From Lama guanicoe (Eukaryota), in the NCBI GenBank assembly GCA_013239625.1, contig MU053588.1:3128799-3192798 (forward strand): a stretch of 64,000 nt of DNA, in the 5' to 3' direction. The notes below the pieces were generated by a model. The model did not search any database. It was not told the DNA's origin and worked only from the letters and a program-made list of their open reading frames with translations. Each line of letters opens with the position of its first letter. Position 1 is the stretch's first letter. The position numbers and the translations under genes were made by a program. Below are positions 1 through 12,318 of this stretch, in pieces.

Positions 1-340
1 TTTTACTTTACTCACAGGTTAGACTGAAATCAGAGAGGCAAAATGACTTACTTTAAGTAAAGCAGCCACTAAAAGGCAGACACCTAGGTCTTCCTCCTCA
101 CTTTTGGGTCTCTCTAATGATACCCTCATGCCTCTTCCAGATCTGCCACCAAATTCTTGCCCATACAGGTCAGGCAAAACAACCTAGAAACCCTGGTGCT
201 CATAGAACTGGATATGGTGACTGTTTTTGTTGACCCTTTGCCACACCCACTGCAGTATGAGAAAGAGGCGAGGAAGATGCCAAGTGAAGCCCCGCCCTCA
301 AACATATTAACCCTCCTAAGCAGCAACCCTTTTATTTCAG

Positions 341-2743
341 ATTGGTTCCTGAGAACCTCTGAAAGAAAACTCACAACAGTGCCCTGGCTGCCAGTGCCCC
401 TGTGATCATTTCAAGGGCAGGGTAAAGAAAACCAGTAAGTTGCAAAAGAATGACCTTCCTTAAACTTGGTCACTCTGTGGAATCAACTAGGGATGAAGCA
501 GGTGTTGAAGAGACAAGAGAGATGAAGTGGAGACCAGGATAAGCACACACCTTAGCCTTTTCTACTCAATGTCACCTTGTAAGGAAATAGAAAGAGCAAA
601 ATATAATTCTCTTAAGACTAGAGAGGTTTAGCAAAATTCTTTAATGATAGAATGCCATTGCTTATCAAAGTGGACAGAGACAGGGTTGTGGAGACCTGGT
701 CATTGATCTCTGACAATTACACCAGTGTTGATGTCAAATAGAACTTGATTCATCCCTAGTCTAACTGTTTAAATGTCATAGAAAAAGTAACCTGGCAAAT
801 GTTAAACTGATTGATACTATGATATTATCAAGAATAAAATAAATCACTGTTGATGGAAGTAAAATACAATTTAGTAGTAATTATCAAAAACTTAAATGTG
901 TGTTCCTTTTAACTAGTAATCTGGATGCTTTAAGATCTCTACTATAGAATACTAGCATGGATACTCAAAGATATATGTACAAGAATACTAATTATAGTAG
1001 TATTTGTATTGACAAAGAAATGAAAATTTTAAATGTTCATCATTAACAGACTGACTGTGTGATCATTTCACAATGTATAAAATACCAAATTGTTACGTTA
1101 TGCACCTGAAACTAATATAATGTTATATGTCAATTATACTTCAGTTTAAAAATTTCATCATAAGCATATTGGGCAATTCTGCTGTTGTCAAAAATAATTA
1201 GATAGATAATTATGATTACTGATTGGAAAGATATCCACAATATACTAAGTGAAAAAAAGGTGCAGAGGCCCACACCCATTTCAAACACACCACAAAAATA
1301 AATTTCAGTGGATTAAAGCGACAAATTTGAAAGACAAATTTATAAGGGAATGCAGAAGAATATTCATACCTTGAGGTAGGAAAGAATTTCTTAAACAAGG
1401 TACAAAAAGTATGTCATAATGGAAAAAATTAATAAATCTGACTTCATTGAAATTAAGAAATTTGGCCACCAAGAAGATAAAATGACAATCTACAGAGGAG
1501 GGGTAATGTCTGCAACATATATAATCGACAAAGGGTTAATATTCAAACTATATAAGGAACTCCTATAGATCAATGAGAGGAAGGCAGGTAACACAACAAA
1601 TGGGCAAAAGACTTGAACAGGCGCTTCAGAGACAAGAAATCCAAATAGCTAATCAACATGTGAAATGGCACACAACCTTACTAGTAACTGGGAAAACATG
1701 AATTAAACCCAAACAGAGATCACTGTACATGATCAGATTGACAACAACTTTAATTAATGTGTGACAGTACCAAGTGTTGGCAGAGAGCAGAATAAAGAAA
1801 CTCTCATCTTCTGCTAATGGAAGCATAAAGTGGTAAATCACTTGGAAAAAGTGCTGGTGGTTTTCTACTAAAGTTTAAGCTCTGTGACCAAGCAATTCTA
1901 CTCTCAGATGTATACTCAAAAGGAATCCATGCTTATGTACACTGGGAGACATGTACAAGGGTTTCATAGCATTGTTCATAAGTACCCCAAACTGAAAAGT
2001 AGCCAATGAATAAGTAGGAGTATATTTGAATATTATATATCCATTGAGAATGAACAATAACAAAATAACATAAATGAATCTTACAAACATAATGTTGAGT
2101 AAAAGGGAAAAAAGAGAACAGTTATGGCATGATTTCATTTACATAAAGTTCAAAAAAATTAAACTATTTAGGAATGTATATACAGGTGGTAAAACTATAA
2201 AAAAAAAGTAAATGCTTACTATAAAAGTGGGGGACTATCACTGTGATGGGGAGAGAGAGGGCAGTGATCAGAAAGAGGAGGGTTGCTGGCAATATTCTAT
2301 TTCTAGACCTGGGTATTAGTTCCATGAATATTCTCTTTGTACCTATTTATTGAACTGCACACGTAAGTTTTATGAACTTCTGTAGACGTATAATATTGTG
2401 CAATAATTAAAGACTTTGTAAAAGTACAGAGAAAAACAACATTTATAGTATGAGCTCATTTTTGTTTTTAAACTATTATGTTTACATACAAAAAGGTATG
2501 GAGAATATACTATTATGTACAAAATAAATAAGCACGTAAGTTTTTCACTGTATGAGTCTTTTAACACTTTTAAAGCTCTTATAAAAATTAAATTTTAAAA
2601 ATGTTTTTAACAGTAGTCTCTCCCTTTTGTTTTCAACCTAGGACACCAGTGACACCACAAAAAGCCAAGCAAGCACTCCAGAGCCTGCCAGCAATCTCTC
2701 AGACAATGGATGTCAGCTGGCAAGCTTTGCTCTGCCTTTATAG
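341..2743 (+). pseudogene. CXCL17: CXCL17 (mucosal chemokine), last two coding exons (341-434, 2642-2743); reading frame disrupted; 5' exons lie outside the window
   Basis: Exon tttcag|ATTGG...AACCA|gtaagt translates (D)WFLRTSERKLTTVPWLP and, in a shifted frame, CPCDHFKGRVKKT. Exon cctag|GACAC... gives RHQ*HHKKPSKHSRACQQSLRQ/CQLASFALPL*. These match the recalled CXCL17 C-terminal half, and the position just upstream of LIPE is syntenic. Lesions: frameshift near 393 leading to TGA 403-405, in-frame TGA 2650-2652, 4-nt insertion 2707-2710. Confidence 0.88.
840..2420 (+). mobile_element. Old LINE-1 (L1M-type) ORF2 3' end and 3'UTR fragments in the last CXCL17 intron
   Basis: AT-rich with typical L1 motifs (aaatgggcaaaagacttgaacagg, cagcaattctactc-like, gcacctgaaactaatataatgttatatgtcaattata); no intact ORF; boundaries approximate. 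Confidence 0.7.
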
Positions 2744-3317
2744 GAGCTCTGAGAGCCCACCTTCCCAATGAAACATTCTCAGTCAACAAGGGAGTAAGCA
2801 CACCTTGAAGATGCCCTTCTCCCACCTCAAGCTCCTCATCCCTGTACCTACTCCCTAAAGCATTCTAGTGTTCTCCCAAAAAGCATTATTGCTAAAATTA
2901 TTGCTCCCTCTAGTGCCTTCTCCTGACAGTCTTTTCCTGTGCCCTCTACTTACCCAGGCTTAAGCTTAACTTACATGAAAGAAACCAGGAAGCCCAGGTT
3001 TCCTAGCTGGCACCACCTGACCTTAAATACAACCAGGCAAGTAGCAAACATAAGTCAATTAATATATTTAAATGTAATAGATCAAAATCATTTCTTTCAA
3101 TGGGGTCTGGAAATTCATGTTCAATCCAGTCAACTGCTTTTACCTGGTAAATTCCAAACTCAATCTAGATTCTATACACACCTCTCCCCATCACCAACCT
3201 CACTCTCTCTCCCCACTGCCCAACTTTTTATTTTTTTGTACATTCAACAAAACTTTCTGAGGTAAGAGCTAGGTGGGGTAAAGAAAGAAGTTAAGGCAGT
3301 AAATCAGACAATGTCTT

Positions 3318-3323
3318 ATTAAA
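3318..3323 (+). terminator. Candidate CXCL17 polyadenylation signal ATTAAA
   Basis: Variant hexamer about 575 nt after the ancestral TAG, followed by T-rich sequence and before the LIPE testis promoter. Confidence 0.45.
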
Positions 3324-3794
3324 GATAATATAGTTTTTTTAAAACGTGACAGTTTCCTAGTATGTAAAATGCTTCCAGTATTTATGATTAACATCATCAT
3401 CATCATCATTATTTGTCATCTGACTCAGTAAGTTTCCATTCTACTATACAACACATATATGCAGAAGCATAGTTCCAGGCTAGAGAGATGGTATGGAAGA
3501 TCTCAAATGCACTGAAAAGGGCTTCAAGCTGAAAAAAATGGGATGATGTGTTTTTTTTAACAAGAGAGTAAAATGATCAGAATGATAATATAAGGAAATT
3601 AAAGTGACAAACATTTGAAAGAATGAATAAAGAGGAAAACATAATGGTGTAGATCCTGCCTCCTCCTCTGACCTTTTCCTCAAACATCAGGACAGAAAAG
3701 AACAGGAACGCTCATCCAGAATCTGGCTTCTGTCACCCAGGTGAAATAGAGGGCTAAGTTGATTTGCTGACCTTATGAGAAGAAGCATTTTAAA

Positions 3795-3826
3795 TGAGTG
3801 GTGAGTTGGGTGGGGGTCCTATTTAT
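3795..3826 (+). promoter_or_regulatory. LIPE: LIPE testis (T1) core promoter: GT-rich element plus TATA-like TATTTAT
   Basis: tgagtggtgagttgggtgggggtcc followed by TATTTAT at 3820-3826, about 300 nt upstream of the T1 ATG. Confidence 0.55.
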
Positions 3827-4129
3827 GACACAACAGGGCATGCCCCTCCCTTCTGATAGGAGAGTGTGCTGGGCACATAGCCTCCTCCTATTCCCAATCC
3901 CTCCTCCCAAGGCAGGAGGCACAGAAGCATATCACTTAACACAAGAGTAGGGGGCCACTTGCCAACTGCCTTAAAAAGGAACACCAGGAATGCCAGGATG
4001 AAGCAGTGGAACTCAAAGGGAGGTGTCATCATGAGCAATCAGTGAGAGATCTATGACAAAGGAGGACTATAGGGGCCCAGAAGGATGAACCCTGGGAGAT
4101 CAGCATCTTCCTTGAGGGAAATAACATCA

Positions 4130-4958
4130 ATGGAGCCAGGTTCTAGGTCAGTATCTAGGCCCAGCTGGGAGCCTGAGCCACATCAGACACCTATCACCCA
4201 GCCAAAGTCTGGGTCAGAAAAGACACCCACAGCCCAGACAGCATCTGAGGCTCAGCAGGGACCCAATACACAAGAGGAGCCTGCTTCACAGCAAGGACCC
4301 ATCACTCAGCAGGAGCCCCTTGCCCAACATGAAGCTGAAGCCCAGCAGGAACCTCAAGACCAACAAAAAAGTGCTTTGCAGCAAGAATTTCTTGCCCCAC
4401 AGGAACCTGCAGCAGAGCAATCACCTCCCACACAAAGAGTGCCTTTCACAAAACAGGAAGCTGCCTCACAGCACCGACCTAGGCAAGGAAAAGAACCTAG
4501 AACTCAACAGGAGCCAGAATTGAGAAAGGGACCTGGAACCCAACCAGGACATGGGCTCAAAAATGAACTACCTGGCCAAACTGAACCTATGTCACAACAG
4601 AGATGGCAACAATCAGACCCTACAGCCCAGCACATAGCTCCAGCCCAGGGAGTCAAATCCCCAAAGGGATCTTTGGCCCAGTGGCATTTTCTATCAAAAC
4701 CAAAAGAACCATTCATACAGCAAATGGCCTCAGAGCAGAAGACACTTCTTGAATGGGTCACAGATTCAGGCACAGAATCAGATTTGAGGTCTTCCTTAGA
4801 GACTGATTCATCAGCCAAGAGGGATGGAACAGTAGCCCAGGGAATGAAGCTGGCCTTCAGGGGGAAACCTGGTTACGAGGTGATGTCAGGATTCGGTGGG
4901 ACGCCAGTACCCAGGAAGAAAACCAGCAGCCAGAACCCCAGACACTACCGGAACACAG
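4130..4958 (+). CDS. LIPE: LIPE testis-specific exon T1 (Q/P/E-rich N-terminal extension; with the common exons gives about 1048 aa)
   Basis: MEPGSRSVSRPSWEPEPHQ... matches the HSL testis-form N-terminus; donor ACAG|gtgagt at 4958; 829 nt, phase 1, joins the acceptor at 13908 in frame ([12 protein letters not shown]). An extra in-frame ATG lies at 4085. Confidence 0.9.
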
Positions 4959-5299
4959 GTGAGTTTAGCTTGCAGGAAGGGAGCCTCCCACGGATGGTCA
5001 TTCATTCCCTCAAGAAGAACTAAGACCTCCAGAATGTCAGGTTAGCTGAGGTCCTCTCTCAACAGTCCTGCCAGACACAGGTCAACAGCCCCATTTGATA
5101 GAGGAGGGAGCTGAGGCCTAGAAAAGAAGGATTTTGCCTGAGGCCGGGCAGTTAGGGCTGGCCAAGCCAGGATACTCAGCCAGGCTCTGACTCCTTCCCC
5201 TGCACTAGGCTGCCTCCCCCGCGGGAATCTGGGAGAAATCAAACAGAAGCTGTATGGGTCTCTGCGCGAGGGGCCAATACTCATTCCTGGGTCCCAGAA

Positions 5300-7250
5300 C
5301 TCTCTGAGCACCACTCTGGGATAGGCACTGGGTGGGCACCTGCACACCTTGCTGAACGTAGACGCTTACCCTCGGGCAGTTCCCACGCGGGGCAGGCCGA
5401 AAATCGGGCAGGAGCGACCTTTGAGCTCTCTGGGTTGCCCAGTGGGCAGGAAGACACTCGTTTCCCTGACAGCCTTCCCCTCAGCCGAGGGGGAGCTCCA
5501 GTCCCGCCAGGACCATGGCCTCCTGTTATCATCTCAGGAAGGGGGAGCTGGGAGAGGGCGGGGGCTCCGCCAATGTCCAGGCAAGGTCAGGGCCGCGTGC
5601 AGGAAAGAGTTGGGGAAGCGGTGTGAGCGGGTCGTGGGCCCAAGACTCCGCTGGCGCCAGCACTCCTGCCCCTCCTCTGAGGCCGGCAGTGATGGCCCCC
5701 GGGTCCAGCCTCAGGCCTTGAACTCCTCCTCGAGACTCAACGGTCCTGTTCTGCACACGGGGGGCACGCAAGTTCTATCCATGGAAGGTGGGTGACGGTG
5801 GTATAGCCTGAGGCGGGGAAAACAATGCTGCGCCAATCCAGAAACTGAGGCGCTGAGAGGCCAGCTAATCCAAAGACTGGTAATGCAGGTCTCAGCCCAG
5901 AGGCCTGCCGGAAGGGCTAGGACGGAGGAGAGCGTCGTTTGTGTCTCAGTGCTAGGGCTGGTCATGTGCTTAGGAGGGCGGAGAGGAGGGGCGGGGTGGG
6001 AAGAGAGGATTCCAGATCTGCTATTTCCGGCCTTGACGGTGTACAGCTGTTTCTCTAGGCCTCCCGAACCCAGTCTCAAGGGACGCCCTCACCGCAGCGC
6101 CGCCACAGCCAAAGCCGCCTCTCCCCAAGCTCCCAGATTCAGTTGAGTGTGTGCGCATGCGCGAGCCTCGAGCCTTGCGCATCCTGTTTCCCGCCTTTAC
6201 CCAGGCAGTTCCCGCAGTTCCCGCGGCCACCTCTCCTCCCTGCTGACCTGTGAGAAGTTTGGCTCTAGTGCGCAGGCGCCAAGCGCGCTACAACACGCCC
6301 CCCCCAACCTTCCATTATTGCGGGGAGGAACAGGACAGAGAAAAGAACCCCAAGAAAGGGAACAATAAGAGAACTAGAAGATAAGGCAGGGAGGAAAAGC
6401 GGGGCTACGTTCTCCAACGGCTCGTTAGCAGAGCCACGCCTCCTGACCTGCCGCTCTGCCCGATTTTAAATTGCTGGAGGACCTGGACCGCTCCCCGGCC
6501 CCGAGGCAGAGGCTAAGTGGCACCCCGCTCAACAACTCCTGCGGGCGGGCCGGATGCTTTCTTGACGATCCCTACTTGGGAAGGTGAGTGGGAAGACGAG
6601 GATGACAACCAACACGTGACAACCTTGGGGGGGATTCCTTGCTGGGGGACTTCTCGGGATTCCCCTTCTAGTTCGGCCCGCACACCGTTTTCGGCACCTC
6701 CAAGGCTGCATTTTGTTAGTCGCGGGCCCTTTAATGCGAGTGAGGGGGCGGGGCCATGCTGTAGGTCCTAGCTGCGGGCGCGGGGCTGGGCAGTGGAGCT
6801 TGGCCCGCCTTGCTCAGGGGGCGGGCCTCAGGAGTAAGTCTGGGATTGGGTGGCATGGGGGCCCGACACTGTTGCTTAGCGAGGATTGGCCCTCGGGGCG
6901 GGGACTGGCGGCTAGAATTGGCCCCGGGGCCGGGACCGCGGAAAATTGATGGAATCGGCCAGAGAAACGAGGCCCGCGGTGGCCGTTGGGGCCCCGGCCT
7001 CGAAGAAGGTTCAAGAGAGATCCAAAAGTCACAGGCACCGGCGGTGGCGAAAAGGCAAAACCAAAGGTGAGAGAGTAGGGGCTGACAGTAGCCCGGAAGG
7101 AACCCTAGACATCCCATGGGAAACTGAGGGACAGAGTGGACTGATCCTGTGCCAAGAGAAGCGAGAAACCGGTGGACTGGCTCCTTGCCGCCCTGCGAGG
7201 GGGAAAGGGGTTACAGGGATAATCCATTGTGAAAAAGGGGTGATGTGAGA
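5300..7250. promoter_or_regulatory. CpG island / alternative LIPE promoter region (exon A)
   Basis: High CpG density; NRF1-like TGCGCATGCGC 6152-6162; GC boxes near 6745 and 6895; inverted CCAAT (GATTGG) near 6844 and 6884. Confidence 0.8.
6949..7066 (+). CDS. LIPE: LIPE alternative coding first exon A (46-aa extension; about 811-aa isoform)
   Basis: ATG 6949 reads MESARETRPAVAVGAPASKKVQERSKSHRHRRWRKGKTK; donor AAAG|gtgaga; 118 nt, phase 1, in frame with exon 1; resembles the recalled rodent exon-A peptide (...RRRWRKGKIKAS...). Confidence 0.82.
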
Positions 7251-10200
7251 GGGAAATGCCCCCAGCAGATAAACTATTGGACGCCCCAGTGTTGTATTGG
7301 GAGGAGAATCCAGAATGTGAGTATCCAGGGCCAGGATTTGTGCTTTTCCGCCGTATTCACTCTGTGGCCCTGAGCAGCTCTTGCCTCGTGTTTTCAACAT
7401 GGGAAATGGTTGAAGCGCCGATTTTCAGGTCTCTGGCACTCTTGAGACAGTAATGGGGAAGAGGTTTAGAAGCTGCTTTCCAAACAGAAATTGTAGGGGT
7501 GAGTTAGGGGGAGCTAGGAGGAAGGAGTGCCCCACAGTAGGGAATGCCCGGACCAGAGAAGGGGTGCAGTACAGCTCAAAACATTCCTGTCCCACCATCC
7601 CTCATTCAGTATGTTCACGCATTCATTGTCAGTCCACCTCCTTCAGCCTGGCCTCCTAATTTCCTGACACCTACTACTAGGACTACTCCTTGGACAGCCT
7701 AACCATGGCTTGGGAGAAGGGAGGCTGTCACCTGGGTTCCCTAGGGCGTCACATTTACAGATCTCAGCAGGCTGGAGAAACACTGACAGACCAACAGAGA
7801 TGCTGCAAGCCTCAGGCAGAGGCATACACTAACTCCTTGATGGATTAGGAGAATATGTCAGTCCAAGCAAGAACCCTGTAGGAAGTTCCTGTGCAGGAAA
7901 GAAACTGACCCAGCTCCTGGGCTGAGAGACCCCAAACTCATCATCCTCCCAGCCACAAACTTTATCATTAGCCAAGGATAGAACTGGAGTTGGCTCCAGA
8001 TACACACACTCAGGCTCAGACAGGCTCAGAGGTCATACTGGGGCCTGAGGGCATTCCCTGTCACACGGCAAGACACAGCCTCACAAACAGGATGGGGTAC
8101 CAGAGTACCCTTGGTCAAGAAATGGGCCTTCGAGACCTGGTTCCTCTGGCTATAAGGAGTGGTACACTGAACAATAGGCTCCCTCCTTCCCTGCCTCAAC
8201 TTTCTGAGCTATAAAATGGGCATAATGATAGGCATGCCTATCACTAGACCACTGTGAGGTTTCGATGAGTGTAGTAGTGTTTGGCGCTGTCACACAGCAA
8301 GCCCTCAAGAGGGGTGGAGGTTATCATTACTGTTACTCCCAACTAGACAGTGAGTTCCCTGAGATCAGGGCTGTGTCTGCTTTGTTAACCCTACAACCGT
8401 ACAGCCAGGTATGCCAGGCATATATTTATTCAATTAATCAGTGCAGGAATGCATGGACTGCAATGTGGGGATAAGAATAATCGTGTTGCCTTTAGGCTTG
8501 CTGTGAGGAGTTAGAATCCTCTTGGCTAGGGGTCCCTGCATGGACTGAGCCAGTCCTACTCACAAACCCATGGGCCTACCTACTCACAAAGGCTCAATCC
8601 CCCAAGATCCTAGATTCTCCTGTCATTTCCTGAGGCCCTACCCTGGTACAGGCCTCTGTTGAGTGAATCAGACCCCTCCCCTGCCCCAGGGGCATCTAGG
8701 CTGGCTGGAGCAATCCTACTCATCAGTTTCATCTTGCCAGTAACAGATGACACTACTGTTACTATGATCACCCCATTTCGCAGATGACGACACTGAGGTT
8801 CTCAGGGACTGAGCGCACTTAGGCTTTCTTACCTGACCAGTGAGGGCAGGGAGGTAGCCACCCCCAGCCTCCTGAAGGCAGGAAGTGTGTGAGACCAAAA
8901 CTGCTGTGTGCTCCAACCTTGATTCTGGACCCGAAATTCTCCAGTCACACAGATTCATTCAGTAGACATTCAACAAACCCATACCCGTGCCAGGCTGGAC
9001 TCTCATCGGTGAGGACAGACTCATGTCTGAGCTGGGGATACAGACATTAATAAATATCCCACAAATCAGATATAATTATCTGACTATCTGAGTTTTCTCA
9101 TCTGCCAAACTGTGTTGAAGAGAGAATCCTGGTAAAATATAAGAGGTAGGCTTCCCAAGGAGGTGACATTGGACCCAAAGATGAGCTAGGGTTGACTGTG
9201 GAGCAAAAGGGACACCATGGGCAGAGAGGCCAGCCCAGGCAGAACCGTGAGGCCCAAGGAAGTGGTACCTTACAGCATGGAGGAAGCTGAGCGGGAGGGG
9301 GTAGGGAAGAACCCACAGAGGGCCAAGACGGGACCTGGTTTGCAGGGCCATGTCCAGGATTTGGGGCTTTATCCTGAGAGCAAGAGAGTATTGAAGGGTT
9401 GGGAGTGTGTGGCCAGATTTAAGTTTTAGAAAGATCCTCTGGCTGCTATGTGGAAAAGCCATGGAGGGGGCAAAAGCAGACACACAGCAACAGTCGGTAC
9501 TATCATCTAGAGGAGGGAGCAATGGAGGTGGGAGAAGGGCGAGGTCCCAGTGCTTTCTATGGGGTAGGGGGAACAGGATTTCCTGATGGATTGGATGGGA
9601 GTAGGAGGTGGCCAGGATGATGCCCTGGGTTCCGGCTGGAGCAAATGGGAAGTGATGGGTACCATACACACATGCACACACACACATGCGGGCACACAGA
9701 GACAAGATATATATCCATATACATACAAACATGCCCACACAATCTCACAGGCCAAGAGAAATAGAGATACAGAAACACTCACAGGTTGAGAAACACACAT
9801 AAGCAGTGACACTTGTATGCAAACATGCCTACAAACATACTGAGAAACATAAAAACACAGAGACTGAGAAAAAATGTGGACACCCACAAACCCAGGCTGG
9901 GACCAACGCTAGGCATGACAGATACCTTCATGCGAACGTACATCCACGTGAACCTCAAAGACACACTCACACCTGCCCACTCAGAAAGCCCAGAGCTGAT
10001 ACATGACAGGGAGAAGGAGCAACACCGATACACACAGAAACACAGCAGAGAAGCTGCACCATCCTTGCTGGCTTGGTGACCCTGAGCGGTATGTCATCTC
10101 TCCACATCTCAGTTTTTTCATCTGCCAAAAGGGGTGACAATGGCCCCCACCTCACAGGTTATGGGGAGGATGAAACGAGTTACCTCACACAAAGCTCAGG

Positions 10201-12318
10201 GAGAGAGCAGTGCCTGGCACACAGTGGTCTTAGAGCAGCTTTTGCTTTTTCATGCAGACACACTCAGGGACTGGGCCACAGTCACTGCCCCCTCGCCTGC
10301 ATCTGCCTCCAGGCCTCTCCCCTTCTAAAGGCTTTGCCCCTTCTAGGCCCCAGACCTGGCCCTTCCTCCATTCTCCCCCCTCTTCCTTCCCTACCTCCGT
10401 TCTCTCCCCTGCTTAGTCCCCAGGGACCAAAATCCAGGCCAGGTCCACTTGTCCTGTGACTCTTTAGGGCAAAGGGCTGGTACCCAGGCGGCAGGACCCT
10501 CAGCCCTCCCTCTGCCCCAGTCCTCGCTAGAGGCCCTCGTGGCCTGTCCCTGCCCCAGTGCCCTCTGCCTCGGATTCTTGGCAAGTTTCTGGCAACCTCA
10601 ACATCCTATCCTCCCCACTTCACCCAGCCAAGCCCTCAAGGGAGAAGTCTGGAACAGGGCAAAGGGCAGCACCTGGGATCCAGCCTCTTTCCCACTGCTT
10701 TGTGCAGGTCTCTTGTTCTGTCCAGGTCTCCTGTGCCCTCATCTTCAATAAAGAGCCCTACCCCATAGACAGGAAATAAATGACAGCTGCTTTACAAAAT
10801 GGGAAACCGAAGCCATGCAAAAAATACCAGGCTGGCCTAGGCACATACAAGGGCCTGATCTAGTGTGAGACCCAGAAAGCAAACAGTGCAAATGGTAAAT
10901 TATATATTATAGTATGTTACATGGAAAAATGACCCAACACATCTCTCAGTGGGGCTAAGTGAGAACCACAAAGCAAACCATAGGCAGAAATGCCTCTGTG
11001 GGGTCCTACTTACAAAGATCATTTCCAGCCCTCAGTGGACAGGATGGCCAAGTACCGTTTCCAGATGTGGAAACCAAGCTCGTTGAGGATCACCTGGTGA
11101 GTGGCTTAGGCCATTGTTCTGTTGTCACAGCCACCAAGCTTAGCGCTGCCTCCAGAGGCCTCTGTCTATCCATCTGTCTGTCGGTCCTGGGGTGATCCTC
11201 TCCCAAACTCCCATCCAGCCCCTCTTGCCTCTACTCTGACTCTTCACTTTCCTTCCTTCTTCAAAGATTTGCTAGGCCCCATGATGGATGCTGGGGCCAC
11301 CCCATACCCCCATGGGGATAACATCTGAGGCGGAGCCACAGAGGAGGATTCACCTACAGCCAAGCAAATGACACCGAGGCCTAAGGACCTCTCATTGCAC
11401 AGGCCCCTTCCAAGACCCTATACCTAATTTTGGACTTGTGATTTTCTATTCTTTTTCCAAAAGAGCCCAACCTCCACTTGTAAAAGCTTCACAGCTCCAT
11501 GATGCCTGGTTCTGCCCCAAGGGAGAGATAAACCTTGTTACAAACATATAAACAAACAAATGGAAAATTGCAAATATGTAAAATTCTAGGCAGAAGAACA
11601 ACTTTCATATGATGGCAGAAAGCAGCGGTGGGGGTGGGGCGCATCTTAGATGAGAAGGAGCAGTTATACAATGCCTCCTGGAGGAGATAAGAAACTTAGT
11701 CCTGAAGGGTGAGAAAGAGCTGGCCAAGCAAGGAGCACGTGGAATAAATAACAAAGGTGAAGTGTCTCTGAGCTTTGGTTTCCCATATGTGAGGTGAGGA
11801 TGACAGTCACACACGGCAGGATGGGCTGGAAGGTTAAGTGGCAGGTACAGGGTGCCGGGTGTGGAAACACCACACAGTAGGTCCTGTGGCTCAGGCCCCT
11901 CGCTGAGCTTGGCACTGCCCTTAATCGGCTTTTGTCCTCCTGGGAGGGACAGGCAGGGCTGACTCCCCCCTCCTCTCCCCCTAACAGCTGGGGCTGGCTG
12001 TGCCATGGCAAGCCTGGGGGCGGGAGCTGAGATCACGGGGTTTTTGCTCCCTGAAACCACCCTGGGGAGAAGGAGGGCAGCCAGGCTGGGCAAGAGGGCA
12101 CACTTTGTTCAAGACCAGGGTGAGACTCCTGGGTCCAAGGGAAGAGGGGACAGGGAGACCGGATGCCTCAGTTTCTAACTGTTGAGGGGACTAGGGGTCT
12201 GGACTCCTGGAACTGAGGGAGGACGGTCTTGGGGGCCAAAACTCCAGAGTTCAAAGGCAGAGGAGGCTGGGACAATGACGGAGCAGGCGGAGGGGGCAGT
12301 GAGTTGGGCCGCATGCTC

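Noticed and set aside
157..405. 82-aa ORF as an independent gene
   Set aside because: Intron sequence running into the frameshifted CXCL17 exon
9076..10080. Overlapping ORFs up to 220 aa
   Set aside because: L2 remnant plus CA-rich low-complexity sequence
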